A DNA stretch of 64,000 nucleotides from Cryomorphaceae bacterium. GTDB taxonomy: Bacteria > Bacteroidota > Bacteroidia > Flavobacteriales > Schleiferiaceae. Where the stretch lies: the NCBI GenBank assembly GCA_038143125.1, contig JAYQLJ010000006.1, positions 73,557 to 137,556 on the forward strand, given 5' to 3'. A program made the translations under genes and the position numbers. The notes under the pieces were generated by a model. The model did no database searches, had not been told where the DNA came from, and worked only from the letters and a program-made list of their open reading frames with translations. Positions 19,643 through 30,763 of the stretch are shown here, in pieces. Positions within the stretch are counted from its first letter, which is position 1; the number at the start of each line of letters is the position of its first letter.

Positions 19643-20913
19643 CTAAGCGATTTTGTCGAACCCAGTATACGGAACGAGCGCGGCAGGAATTCGAATACCA
19701 TCCTCTTGTTGGTGATTCTCCAGAAGGGCAGCTAAAACGCGTGGTAAGGCCATAGCAGATCCGTTGAGGGTATGACACAATTGGCTCTTGCCCTCCTCAT
19801 CCTTGAAGCGCAATTTTAAGCGGTTCGCTTGGAAGGTTTCGAAATTAGAAACACTACTCACTTCAAGCCAGCGCTCTTGTGCCGCACTGTATACCTCAAA
19901 ATCATAAGTGAGCGCTGAGGTGAATCCAGCATCGCCGCCACAAAGACGTAAAATTCTGTACGGAAGTTCAAGCTTCTCTAAGAGTCCGGCAACATGCGCA
20001 ACCATTTCATCGAGCAAATCGTAGCTCTTATCTGGGTGAGTAATGCTCACAATTTCAACTTTATCAAACTGGTGCAACCGGTTTAATCCGCGAACATCCT
20101 TTCCGTACGATCCTGCCTCACGTCTAAAACAAGGGGTGTAACCGGTACTTTTTATGGGGAACTCTTTCGCATTTACGATCTCATCACGGAACATGTTCGT
20201 CACAGGCACCTCTGCCGTAGGAATGGCGTAGAGGCCGTCTAACGGCATTTCGTACATCTGTCCTTCCTTATCTGGGAGCTGACCTGTCCCGTATCCGGAA
20301 GCGGCATTTACAAAGTGCGGTACTTGGTATTCCGTGTAGCCCGCTGCTCTATTTTCATCAAAAAGAAGTTGATCATTGCACGTTGCAAGCGTGCACCATG
20401 ATTTTTATATACTGGGAATCCAGCGCCGGTAATCTTTACGCCCAATTCAAAATCAATCAAATCATACTGATCTGCGAGATCCCAGTGCGGTTTAGCACCG
20501 TCGTGTAACGTTGGGATGGTTCCGACGCGTTTGATTTCTTCATTGTCGTTTTCATCGCGACCCGCCTTCACGCTGGAATGCGGAACATTAGGTAAGCTCA
20601 ACAGGAGGTCGTGCTCTTCAGTGGCAATCAACTGTACACGATCACTGAGTTCCTTAATAGCTTCTTTCAGCGTACCCGTCTCTTCTTTCAGGGCATTGGC
20701 TTCCTGCGCACGACCACTCTTGAATAATTCCCCAATTTCTTTAGAGAGCCCATTCAGGCGGTGCTGATTTTCCTCCATTTCGTGGCGGATGGCGCGACGC
20801 TTTGCGTCCAATTCGATCAGTGCATGTACGGTTTCGCTTGCATCGATACCGCGTTTTTTAAGGCCGTCAATAATGGCCTCCGGCTCCTGTCTGATTCGCT
20901 GAATTTGCAGCAT
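19643..20913 (-). CDS. serS: serine--tRNA ligase, one frame break
   Basis: 20308-20913 (coiled-coil N-terminal arm) and 19643-20257 (class II core: FRREAGSYGKDVRGLNRLHQF, TLNGSAMALPR); hand translation restores NFFLDENRAAGYTEYQVPHFVNAASGYGTGQLPDKEGQMYEM with one extra base next to the run at 20360-20364. Confidence 0.85.
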
Positions 20914-20925
20914 GGTATTCTAGGT

Positions 20926-21159
20926 TTAGGCATCTACCGCAATCACGCGGTCGATCTCCGGTACATATTTTTTAATGGTCGTTTCAATACCTCCTTTGAG
21001 GGTAAAATCACTGACTTTACAACCTACACAGGCGCCGTGAAACTTCACTTTTACCGTGGTTCCTTCGATGCCTTCTAAAGTGACGTCCCCGCCGTCATTT
21101 GCGAGGAATGGTCTCACTTCGTCCAAAGCTTTTTCTATGCGTTCGTTCAGGTCACTCAC
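20926..21159 (-). CDS. NifU-like Fe-S cluster assembly domain protein
   Basis: Intact 77-aa ORF; VRPFLANDGGDVTLEGIEG..HGACVGC motif. Confidence 0.75.
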   Translation of the reverse strand: MSDLNERIEKALDEVRPFLANDGGDVTLEGIEGTTVKVKFHGACVGCKVSDFTLKGGIETTIKKYVPEIDRVIAVDA

Positions 21160-21169
21160 GGTGGTGTAT

Positions 21170-22298
21170 TTATTTTTTAGGTGAACAGCCGGCCATGGTT
21201 GTGATCCGGACTATTTCTGTTGGCGGCAAGTTCTCATTGCGCTGCGCCACTTCCGCTACAATATTACGAGCGATTTCTTCAAATGCCAACGGGATGTTCG
21301 TCCCCTCTTGCAATGCTGCAGGGCGTCCTACATCTCCGGCCTCACGAATACTTTGTATAAGCGGAAGTTCGCCGAGGAAAGGTACATCTAATTGGCTCGC
21401 GAGATCCTTTGCGCCTTCTTTTCCAAACAAATAATACTTATTCTCGGGTAATTCAGGCGGAGAGAAGAAACTCATATTTTCGAGAATACCCAAAACAGGC
21501 ACATTGATTTGATCCATTTGGAACATGGCAACTCCCTTTCTAGCATCGGCTAGGGCTACTTTCTGTGGCGTACTCACCACTACGGCACCCGTAACGGGCA
21601 TGTTTTGAACCATGCTCAGGTGAATATCCCCTGTACCTGGAGGCAAATCAATCAATAAAAAATCCAATTCATTCCAATGCGTATCGTGGATCATTTGAGT
21701 CAATGCTTTCGTGGCCATAGGACCTCTCCAGACCACGGCTTGATCGGTATTCGCGAAGAAACCGATGGACATGATTTTAATTCCGTAGGCTTCTACCGGG
21801 CCCATTTTCGATTTGCCGTCCACGTGCACCGTCATAGGTTTCGCATGCTGCACATCGAACATCAATGGAGCGGAAGGTCCGTAGATATCGGCATCAATCA
21901 ATCCTACTTTAAAGCCCATTTGACGTAAACTGATCGCGAGATTTGCCGTCACTGTACTTTTTCCAACGCCTCCTTTACCAGATGCAATGGCAATAATATT
22001 CTGAACACCAGGTATAGGAGCACCTTTGATTACATTCGCGGCAGTTTCCTTAGACTTCTCACTTACGGTGACATTCACTACAACCTTCGCTTTTTCAGCG
22101 ACTTGATCATGAATGGCCTTCATAATATCTACCTCCAGTTTCTTTTTTTGCCTGAAGGGTTGGGCTCATGCTTTCAGCATCTACAATCACCTCATCGCCG
22201 AAGATTTGAATATTTCGAACCAAATCTGCTGCGACAATATTGCTTTCAGTACTATTGCCTACACTTTCCAGCGCTTTTAGAATATCTCCTTTTTTCAT
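21170..22298 (-). CDS. apbC: Mrp/NBP35 (ApbC) family Fe-S cluster carrier ATPase, one frame break
   Basis: 22107-22298 encodes the DUF59/MIP18-like N-terminal domain; 21170-22123 encodes the ParA-type ATPase ([20 protein letters not shown]); frames differ. Confidence 0.8.
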
Positions 22299-22357
22299 TG
22301 AGGTAAGAATTGAGTTGCAAAAGTAATAACCACTAACTTCACACTACGTTCATTTCT

Positions 22358-23431
22358 ATGGATTCTAAGAATACATTGTTGATTACTGGTGCGACTGGCC
22401 AATTAGGCGCCTTTCTCCTCGCAGAATTGCTGGGTTGGGGGCAAAGTCCTGCATATTCTGGTGCAATCCTGTGTGCGAAGCGTCCTACATCTTCTTTTGA
22501 CCAGCTTGAATACGTAGCATCGTTTTACGGTCAACCGACAAAGGCATATTTGAATCCACAGGTGCATTTTGTCGATTTGGATTTAGGCTATGGTGCTGGT
22601 TCAGCGGAGTGGCTTTCGGACTATTGTAAAAAGGAGCAACTCCCTCAGATACATTCCGTCATTCATGCGGCTGCCGTCATTGATATAACGCCATCGGCGC
22701 GAGGCGGAAATAAAAATGAGCAGATCACTGCAGAGATGCTCCACTTAGCTGAAGCATTGGGTGTGGAGCACTTTACACACGTCTCAAGCATAGCCGTTAT
22801 GGGAGGAAATGCACCTTTGGGCCAAATCGAATATTTGGAGCCTCAAGATTTTCAGCCGACTAAAAAGAAAGTGGGATTGGGTTCTTATGCGAAAAGTAAA
22901 ATCTTTTCGGAGCTTCAAGTTTGGCGAGCGCAGCAAGAAGGTTTGTCGACGACAGTAGTTCGGCCGGGTGTGATATTAGGTATGGGTCCTTTACACCGAG
23001 CGCCTCAAGAGTTATGGAAGCGCTTGTGGAAAGGAACCTTGCCTTTTGCAACCGACGGTTGTTCTGGAGTGGTGGATGTGCGTGATGTTGCGGCTATTGT
23101 GTATGCAGCTCATGAATCAAAGACGGAAGGACCGGTGGTCGCCGTAGCAGAACATCCTACTTTTTATGAGCTCTTGCAATGGATGCAAAGCGGTTTGGGT
23201 AAAAAGCGTAAACTTTGGTTACTGCCTGCAAAGCCTTGGTTAAATCGAATGCGTGCGGTCTCATTTCTCTCGAAGTTCCCCTGGATAGGCAGCTACTTTA
23301 CAGCGCAAATGCGCATCATGCTCTTTTCTAAAACGAGGTACAACGGTACGTCGGGTGCCGATCTGCTCGAAGGGGCTACAGAGCCATTGCATCTTCAGCA
23401 ATGGAGCTTGGTCAATTCATGCGCAGGGTAG
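22358..23431 (+). CDS. NAD-dependent epimerase/dehydratase (extended SDR) family protein
   Basis: Intact 357-aa ORF; LITGATGQLG Rossmann motif and YAKSK catalytic motif. Confidence 0.7.
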   Translation: MDSKNTLLITGATGQLGAFLLAELLGWGQSPAYSGAILCAKRPTSSFDQLEYVASFYGQPTKAYLNPQVHFVDLDLGYGAGSAEWLSDYCKKEQLPQIHSVIHAAAVIDITPSARGGNKNEQITAEMLHLAEALGVEHFTHVSSIAVMGGNAPLGQIEYLEPQDFQPTKKKVGLGSYAKSKIFSELQVWRAQQEGLSTTVVRPGVILGMGPLHRAPQELWKRLWKGTLPFATDGCSGVVDVRDVAAIVYAAHESKTEGPVVAVAEHPTFYELLQWMQSGLGKKRKLWLLPAKPWLNRMRAVSFLSKFPWIGSYFTAQMRIMLFSKTRYNGTSGADLLEGATEPLHLQQWSLVNSCAG

Positions 23432-23443
23432 CAGATCGATAGC

Positions 23444-23477
23444 AAAAAAAAAAGCCTGCTCAAATGAACAGGCTTTT
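23444..23477. terminator. bidirectional intrinsic terminator
   Basis: A10 run, AGCCTG/CAGGCT stem, T-run; between convergent SDR gene and rpmA. Confidence 0.6.
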
Positions 23478-23495
23478 CTATAGCGTTGTGATTTC

Positions 23496-23753
23496 TTAAG
23501 CGTTAGGTTCTATGCTAACGTAAGATTTGTTGTCTTTTTTCTTTCTGAAAACGACTTTACCATCGACCAAAGCAAATAACGTGTGGTCTTTTCCGACACC
23601 TACGTTTTCACCTGGGTTGTGTTTCGTTCCACGCTGGCGAACGATAATGTTCCCTGCGATTGCGTCTTGACCACCAAAGATTTTGATACCCAAGCGCTTA
23701 CTTGCTGATTCACGTCCGTTTTTTGAACTACCGACACCTTTCTTGTGAGCCAT
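23496..23753 (-). CDS. rpmA: 50S ribosomal protein L27
   Basis: [29 protein letters not shown]... canonical L27 N-terminus. Confidence 0.95.
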   Translation of the reverse strand: MAHKKGVGSSKNGRESASKRLGIKIFGGQDAIAGNIIVRQRGTKHNPGENVGVGKDHTLFALVDGKVVFRKKKDNKSYVSIEPNA

Positions 23754-23760
23754 AACTTAT

Positions 23761-24228
23761 TTATTTTTCTGCTTTAGCATCTGATTTCTTAGGAGCTGCT
23801 TTTTTAGCTGCTGGCTTTTTGGCTGCTGGCTTCTTAGCTGCAGGTTTCTTAGCCGCGGCTGCTGGAGCTGCTTCTTTTTCTTCAGTTGCTTTCGCCGCAG
23901 CTTTTTTCGCTGGAGCTTTCGCAGTGATTTTGTTAATAGTGATTGAAGTGAAGATTTGACGGTGACCGTTCATCTTCTGGTAACCTTTACGACGCTTCTT
24001 CTTGAATACAAGAACTTTATCGCCTTTCACTTCGCCGTTTACGGTAGCTTCTACTTTAGCTCCGTCTATAACTGGGGCGCCAACTTTAACATCACCTTTT
24101 TCTTCAATGAGAAGGACACGGTCGAATTTAACTTTCTTCCCTGCCTCAACATTCAAGCGGTTTACGTACAAGCGTTGGTCTTTCTCAACTTTGTATTGAA
24201 GCCCTGCTATCTCTACAATTGCGTACAT
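23761..24228 (-). CDS. rplU: 50S ribosomal protein L21 with 52-aa Lys/Ala/Pro-rich C-terminal tail
   Basis: MYAIVEIAGLQYKV start at 24228 (the track's longer start at 24252 would overlap the -7 box); 103-aa L21 core then KAPAKKAAAK...AAKKPAAKKPAAKKPAAKKAAPKK tail. Confidence 0.9.
   Translation of the reverse strand: MYAIVEIAGLQYKVEKDQRLYVNRLNVEAGKKVKFDRVLLIEEKGDVKVGAPVIDGAKVEATVNGEVKGDKVLVFKKKRRKGYQKMNGHRQIFTSITINKITAKAPAKKAAAKATEEKEAAPAAAAKKPAAKKPAAKKPAAKKAAPKKSDAKAEK
23800..23855 (-). repeat. coding tandem repeat, 15-nt unit (KKPAA) x3-4 inside rplU tail
   Basis: Plus strand shows consecutive near-identical 15-mers TAGCTGCTGGCTTTT / TGGCTGCTGGCTTCT / TAGCTGCAGGTTTCT. Confidence 0.7.
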
Positions 24229-24249
24229 TATACTTGTTTTTAAGGGCTG

Positions 24250-24257
24250 CAAATATA
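24250..24257 (-). promoter_or_regulatory. candidate Bacteroidota -7 promoter box TATATTTG for rplU-rpmA
   Basis: Exact TAnnTTTG match on the minus strand about 20 nt upstream of the rplU ATG. Confidence 0.45.
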
Positions 24258-24345
24258 GAACAAACTTGTGATAAACAAAGTGTTAAAATAATCTGATGCA
24301 AAAAAATCTCTCAGAACTTCATTAGGGCCGCGCTGATCCACCTCG

Positions 24346-24353
24346 TATATTTG
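24346..24353 (+). promoter_or_regulatory. candidate -7 promoter box TATATTTG for the M16 peptidase pair
   Basis: Exact TAnnTTTG match 29 nt upstream of the ATG at 24382. Confidence 0.45.
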
Positions 24354-24381
24354 GGCGAATATCAGAAAATTAACCTATTTC

Positions 24382-25711
24382 ATGAAACGCCTTTTATTAT
24401 TTGGAGCCCTGTTACTAGCAGGTGGAGCTCAGGCTCAGAACAACATCTCCTTTGAAGAGTATGACCTGGACAACGGTCTACACGTCATACTGCACGAAGA
24501 TCATACGACCCCTATCGCGGCAGTAACTGTGCTGTACCACGTCGGAAGTAAAAATGAAAATCCAGAGCGTACCGGTTTTGCGCATTTTTCGAACACCTTC
24601 TTTTTGAAGGTTCGGAGAACATTAAGCGAGGTGAGTTCGACAGTTACGTTACTAATGCAGGAGGAGCACTCAATGCGAACACTTCACAGGATAGAACCTT
24701 TTACTACGAATTGCTTCCTTCCAATCAGATGGAGTTAGGATTGTGGTTAGAAAGTGAGCGCATGATGCATGCGAACATTCAGCAAATAGGTGTGGAGACT
24801 CAGCGTGAAGTTGTAAAAGAAGAAAAGCGTCAGCGTGTTGATAACCAGCCTTATGGGTCGTGGTTGGAAAACATGATGAAGAACCTGTACACCGAGCATC
24901 CTTATAATTGGGTACCCATTGGTTCTATGGATCATTTGAATGCGGCCCAATTGGACGAATTCATGAACTTCTACAAGAAATTCTACATACCGAACAACGC
25001 GACCTTGAGTATTGCTGGCGATATTGATGTGGCAAAAACTAAAGAACTCGTGGCGGCTTACTTTGGTGACATTCCTGCCGGAACGCCCGTGGTTCAGCCT
25101 ACAGTGGAGGAGCCTGCTTTAGGCGGTGAGAAGACATTAACGGTTTACGATAATATCCAATTGCCTGCAGTAATGATGGGGTATAGAATGCCACCGCAGA
25201 CTTCCGATGACGCCTATGCCTTACAAATGGCATCAACCGTGCTTAGCGGGGTCCATCTTCTAGAATGTACAAGCGTTTGGTGGATCAAGATCAAACTGCA
25301 TTGCAGGTGTTTGCCTTTCCATTCACATTGGAGCAAGGTGGCGCATTCATCACATTCTCATTGGCCAATGCAGGCAAGGGGATTGCTGATATGACTCCAG
25401 CTTTAGAAGAGGAAATTGCAAAACTTCAGACGGAATTGATTTCTGAGCGCGAGTTTGAGAAAATTCAGAACCAGATGGAAAGTGGTTTTATTCAGAGCAA
25501 TTCTACGATGGCAGGTATTGCCGAATCATTGGCAGATTACCACACGTATTATGGTGATGCGAATTTGATCAACACAGAATTGGCCCGTTACCAGAAGGTA
25601 ACTAGAGAGGATATTCAGCGCGTGGCGCAAAAATACTTGGTTAAAGATAACCGAGTAGTATTGAAATACCTTCCTAAAAGTGAAGAACCACAAGCTACTA
25701 ACGCCCAATAA
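24382..25711 (+). CDS. M16 family peptidase (active-subunit type), two frame breaks
   Basis: ORFs 24382-24738, 24711-25394 and 25265-25711 are in three frames; signal peptide; the first break falls inside the HxxEH region (GFAHF then garbled); LPSNQMELGLWLESERM follows. Confidence 0.8.
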
Positions 25712-25720
25712 ACCGCTACC

Positions 25721-27756
25721 ATGAGAAAACTATTGTATTCTATTATCGGTCTATTTACTGCAGTAACATTAACTGCACAGGTAACTATTGACCGCACTAC
25801 GGCACCAGAGCCGGCCCCTGCACGTTCCATTGAATTGGGTTCTGCAGCGCAATTCGAATTGAAAAATGGATTGAAAGTTTTTGTGGTGGAAAATCACAAG
25901 CTACCTCGAATATCAATGTCATTAATACTAGATAGAGATCCTATCGTTGAAGGCGCAAAAGCAGGATACGTGAGTATTGCTGGCGATATGATTGGTGCAG
26001 GTACCACAGGAAGATCAAAGGCTGTGTTAGACGAAGAGGTGGATTTCATGGGTGCCAATTTTGGAACCAGCGCTTCTTCCATTCGTGTCGGAGGTTTGAG
26101 TAAGTATACGGACCAATTGATCGACATTCTTTCAGATGTACTCTTGAATCCAACCTTCCCGCAGGAAGAATTTGATAAACTCAAAGCACAAATGCTTTCT
26201 GGATTGCAGGCAAATGCAGATGATCCAGATGCCATTTCAGGTAATCTTCGTGGTGCAACGCTTTACGGCTTAGCGCATCCTTACGGTGAAGTGATGACGG
26301 AAGCTACTGTCGAGGCGATCACGGTGGAAGATTGTAAGGCGTATTTCGATACCTATTTCCGTCCCAACATCGCTTACATGGTGATCATTGGAGACATCAC
26401 GGCAAAAGACGCGCAGAAGAAGCTTAAGAAGGCATTGAAAAAGTGGGCCCCTGCGACGGTACCTCAACACGACTATGCGAAGACTGAGGCTCCTGCAGCA
26501 CAGCGTGTCGTTATGGTCGATAAGCCGAGCGCAGTTCAATCTGTAGTTTGGTTGGGTAATGTCATTGATTTACCACACGGTCATCCAGATATTGAGCCGT
26601 TACGTGTTGCGAACCAAATTTTAGGTGGTGGCATGTCGGGCCGGTTGTTTACGAATCTTCGTGAGGATAAAGCTTTTACTTATGGCGCCTACTCAAACTT
26701 TGGAGTAGATGAACTCAATGCCACATTTGGCGCATCTGCTAAAGTGCGTAATGAGGTTACGGATAGTGCGATCACTGAATTTTTGAATGAAATCGGTCGA
26801 ATGCGTACAACGTCTGTTTCTGAAGATGATCTCATTGCTGCAAAAGCTAGTTTAAGCGGTTCTTTCGGGCGTTCACTAGAAAGCCCTGCGTCTGCGGCAA
26901 ACTTTGCCTTGAATATCGCTCGTTATGATCTACCAGCGGATTATTACAATAACTATTTAGCTCGACTCGATGCGGTCACAGCAGAGGATGTTCTACGTGT
27001 TTCGAATCAATACATGGATGCGGATCATTTGACCATTACGGTGGTTGGTAAGGCGCAAGATGTCGCTGGTAAGCTTAGTGCTTTCGGTGAGGTCGAGTAT
27101 TTCGATGCAAATGGCGCGACGACGGATGCACCAACCTTCCTCTTTACGCCAGATGGTATTACAAAGGAAACCGTGGTAAATGCTTTCTTCAACGCCATTG
27201 GTGGAGCAGAAGCGTTCCAGAATATCAAAGAATTGGAACAAGAGATGAGCCTCGTTGCGCCAGGTATGCCGGGTGCTGTAGGTATGTACACGAAAAAAAT
27301 TGTCCCTAGTTACTACGTTACCGAGCAAAGCATGCAGGGCATGACTTTGATGAAAGTTGAATACAAAGACGGTCAGGCAAACAGCAGCGGTATGCGCGGT
27401 AATGCAACACTCGAGGGGAGGAATTGGCTTCAACTGCGAAAGAAGCTAAATATGTCATTAGTGAGCTCGAATGGTTAGAGGATATGAGTGCCATCACTTT
27501 TGACGGTCAGACCTTGATGGGCGGTAAAGATGTCTATCAAATCACGGACGGCGATGCAGTGCATTACTTCGATGTTGCCACTGGATTATTACACATGAGC
27601 ACAGAAACTACTGAAGGGCCAGAAGGCGATATCACCGTAACAACGGTTTATGATTCCTGGCAGGAAGTGAACGGATTAACCTTTGTGAAGTCTATTTCGC
27701 AGAGTGCAGGTCCACAATCTTTCACAGTCACTGTAGATAAGGTGACTTGGAAATAA
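25721..27756 (+). CDS. M16 family peptidase-like protein (second subunit type), one frame break
   Basis: 25721-27478 and 27424-27756 are in different frames; signal peptide; insulinase-fold sequence without an HxxEH motif. Confidence 0.75.
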
Positions 27757-27780
27757 GCAATCAATTCAATTGAAATTTTG

Positions 27781-27812
27781 AAATCCCTGCGGCATTTGCT
27801 GCGGGGATTTTT
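27781..27812. terminator. intrinsic terminator between convergent genes
   Basis: AAATCCCTGCGGC-ATTT-GCTGCGGGGATTTTT hairpin followed by a T-run. Confidence 0.65.
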
Positions 27813-28733
27813 ATTTACGTCTATTGACCAAATAAATACCGGTAATGATAACGCCCAGTCCCAAGAGGTGGTTCCATAAAATATGTTCACCATCCCATAT
27901 GCCCCAAAGAATAGCCACCACAGGGATGGCATAGGTTACGGAGGAAGAAAAAGGGCTGTGGTGATCTGAATGAGGCGATTGAATATAATGACGGCTATGC
28001 CACTGCCTAAAATGCCTAAAATGGCGATGTAGCCAAAATTGGTCCAAGCGTTGGGGTCCGTTTTAAAGACTTCAGTAACGCCGCTAAGTAGGCTAAAAGC
28101 GATGGTGAAGGGCGCGGCAGTGGCTAAGCTAAGTGTGGTGATGGTGAGCGCTTTGAGGTGCGGTAAATTGGTCTTTAAAGTGTTTACGCTGGTGCCATAC
28201 ATCATGGTAGCAAGCACTCCGAAGAATCCATAGGCCAATTCTCCTTCGATAGCGAATCCACCATTTAAAATCTCTTCAAAGGGCAGGATGAGTAGCACAG
28301 CACCCAAGAGGCCTACAGCGACACCTTGCCATTGCGTGCCTGTGGCCTTGTGTCCGAAAAACCATCCGCCGATCAATACCGTGAATAAGGGAACCAAGGA
28401 ATTGATAATTCCAACAACACCACTGTCTAAATGATTCACTGCTAAAGGGAAGAGTACATAAGGAATGGCATTGCCTAAAAAACCGACAATGGCGAGTGAA
28501 ACCAAATCTTTCCGTGCAAAAAGCTTGAAATGCCGGAACCCAATAACGGCCATAAATAGTGCGGCGATGCTCACCCTTAGGGTGCCTACCTGGGTATAGG
28601 TAAACGAGGTTAGACCGCGTTTCATTAGGATAAAACTCGAACCCCATATGAGCGCAAGACTGATAAACATGATCCAGGGTAGCGCTGGATGGTGGGAGGG
28701 TTGAGTTTTCGACATGGTGCAAATTTGTGACAA
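27811..28733 (-). CDS. EamA/DMT family transporter, one frame break
   Basis: 27936-28733 and 27811-28047 are in different frames; about 10 TM helices in total, typical EamA repeat architecture. Confidence 0.7.
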
Positions 28734-28786
28734 AAGACACCATTGTAAACCAATGCGGCCGTAATTTTGTTGTAAAGTTTGGTTCT

Positions 28787-29137
28787 ATGAAAAATTACAT
28801 ACTCACACTTTCCGTTTTAGCCTTAGCCGTGGCCTGTAATGCGCCGGAGCCTGAGGTACTCACGCTACCTACCACGGAAGTCGTAAAAGACAGTGTTGTC
28901 GCAAATGCTTCGCAAGGACTTTTTATATCCGGCATGACTTGTGTGATGGGATGTAAAGGAGCGATCGAACAAAAGTTAAATGCTACCGAAGGTGTTTCTG
29001 ATTTCCATATAGTCTTTGAAGATAGTACAGCGACCGTGCGTTTTGATAGTACCGTAATCACTGTAAATGAAATCGTTGCTGAGGTTGCTGCTGTAGCGGG
29101 TGGCGGATTTTATACAGCCACACTTTTAGACCAGTAA
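28787..29137 (+). CDS. heavy-metal-associated (HMA) domain lipoprotein
   Basis: Start MKNYILTLSVLALAVAC (lipobox) at 28787; HMA-like GMTCVMGCKGAIEQKLNATEGV with CxxxC spacing. Confidence 0.65.
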   Translation: MKNYILTLSVLALAVACNAPEPEVLTLPTTEVVKDSVVANASQGLFISGMTCVMGCKGAIEQKLNATEGVSDFHIVFEDSTATVRFDSTVITVNEIVAEVAAVAGGGFYTATLLDQ

Positions 29138-29140
29138 TAG

Positions 29141-30159
29141 ATGCAGCACAACCCTCTGGTTCGAAGACTAGCCACAATAAGTTTAGTATTCATATTTCTT
29201 GTCATTTTGGCGGGATCGGTGGTGCGTGCAACAGGTTCGGGTATGGGTTGTCCCGACTGGCCGCAATGCTTTGGTTACACTATTCCTCCGACAGATGTAG
29301 AAACTTTGACTTGGCGAGCATCCAGAAGCTTTGAGGAGGGTCAGATGATTTTATTGAAGGACCAATTCTGGGTTGCAACTGCCGATTTCACCACTGGTGA
29401 AGCGTTTGCATCGGAGAATTGGACCCTTTTTGACCGACACGACTACAACATTTTTAACCCTGTGCACACCTGGATTGAATTCATCAACAGGTTGATCGGT
29501 GCCTTGAGTGGCTTACCCGTGTTGGCGCTTGCAATCATTGGGATGTGGGGCGTACGACGTAATGTTTGGAATGCAGTACTTTCTGTGGGCGTACTCTTTT
29601 GCTCCTTTTTGAGGCTTGGTTAGGTAAACTGGTTGTGGACGGGAACCTCGTGCCCAATCAAATCACCATTCACATGATGGGGTCAGTTGCCATTGTTCTA
29701 CTGCTGTTGGCTTTGCGTGCAAGAAACACACCATCACCAGCGCCGTTGCCAAAGCCCGTCAGAAATGGATTGTTGTTTTTATTGGTGTTGATCGTAGTGC
29801 AGATCTTTCTAGGAACGCAAACGAGGGAGTTGGTAGATGCGGCCTTCGATCATAACGAATCCGTCTTACGAACCAGCGTCATTCCATCGATAGAAGCGGT
29901 AATGCCTAAAATTCATCGCAGCTTTGCTTGGGTCATTTTGATCGTGACCAGCCTGTTGTATTACCTGCGTAAAAAGCACCGAGCTGTGGTCCCCGGTTTT
30001 GGCGCATTAATTTTTGCCATCGCTTTGGAATGGAGCGTAGGCGTTGTTTTGTACTTTTTGGGATTGCCAAAAGCAATGCAGCCGGTTCATTTAGTGCTGA
30101 GTATCGGGATTTTAGCTTCGATCAGTTACCCACTTTTTTTAAGCTTCCGCAAGTCTTAA
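29141..30159 (+). CDS. ctaA: COX15/CtaA family heme A synthase, one frame break
   Basis: 29141-29623 and 29566-30159 are in different frames; GSGMGCPDWPQCFG motif; multi-TM. Confidence 0.8.
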
Positions 30160-30166
30160 AAATAAG

Positions 30167-30763
30167 TTAGCCCTCGATTTCTTCAGCTTTATCCCACTTC
30201 AGGGTTCCAATCATTTTTAGCACTTCATCCCTCATAAACTGAGTTACTGGGGCGAGACTATCCGCATTTGGTGTGCTGTAGTGGTACAATACGCCACGTA
30301 GGAAATGGGAAGTACTATCGGTTGCGTAGAATTGCGTCGTAGTCGCAGAGGCACCGGAAAATTCATAGTAAAGTCCATAAACACCCTCTTCCGGATACGC
30401 GAAAAATTGTTCCCGCATACCGCTTGCTTTTACCGTGTGCTTATAGGCGAGCTGTTGTGCATCCCGGACCAATTCTTCAAGATTTTCAGTCACGGGCTTA
30501 TACGTGAATTGAACGGTACTTAAGATCGAAGGATAAGCAAGATCCATCCAAAACTCAGCTGCATTTGTATCCGACAGGACGTCCTTTTTAATCGCCTTCG
30601 CTTCAGCGTTGATTTGAAGTTTAAAAGGAGCGTCAAAAGGCAATGCAGTATAGGTGTTCTGAGCCGGAAGACCAATTCTCATATGTCCATTAGGGCGCGC
30701 AACGGGGTCTTCGCTGCACGAAGCGAGTAGTGCAAAAAGTACTATGAAAAGGCTATGCTTCAT
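30167..30763 (-). CDS. gldD: gliding motility lipoprotein GldD
   Basis: Intact 198-aa lipoprotein (LLASC); YKPV..L.RDAQ.LAYKH, QFYATDSTSHFLRGVLY and PNADSLAP patterns; immediately downstream of and overlapping gldE, as in Flavobacterium johnsoniae. Confidence 0.7.
   Translation of the reverse strand: MKHSLFIVLFALLASCSEDPVARPNGHMRIGLPAQNTYTALPFDAPFKLQINAEAKAIKKDVLSDTNAAEFWMDLAYPSILSTVQFTYKPVTENLEELVRDAQQLAYKHTVKASGMREQFFAYPEEGVYGLYYEFSGASATTTQFYATDSTSHFLRGVLYHYSTPNADSLAPVTQFMRDEVLKMIGTLKWDKAEEIEG

Noticed and set aside
23800-23855. Tandem 15-nt repeats as a possible non-coding repeat array
   Set aside because: They are in frame within rplU and encode KKPAA units, so this is a coding low-complexity repeat, not a CRISPR or satellite.
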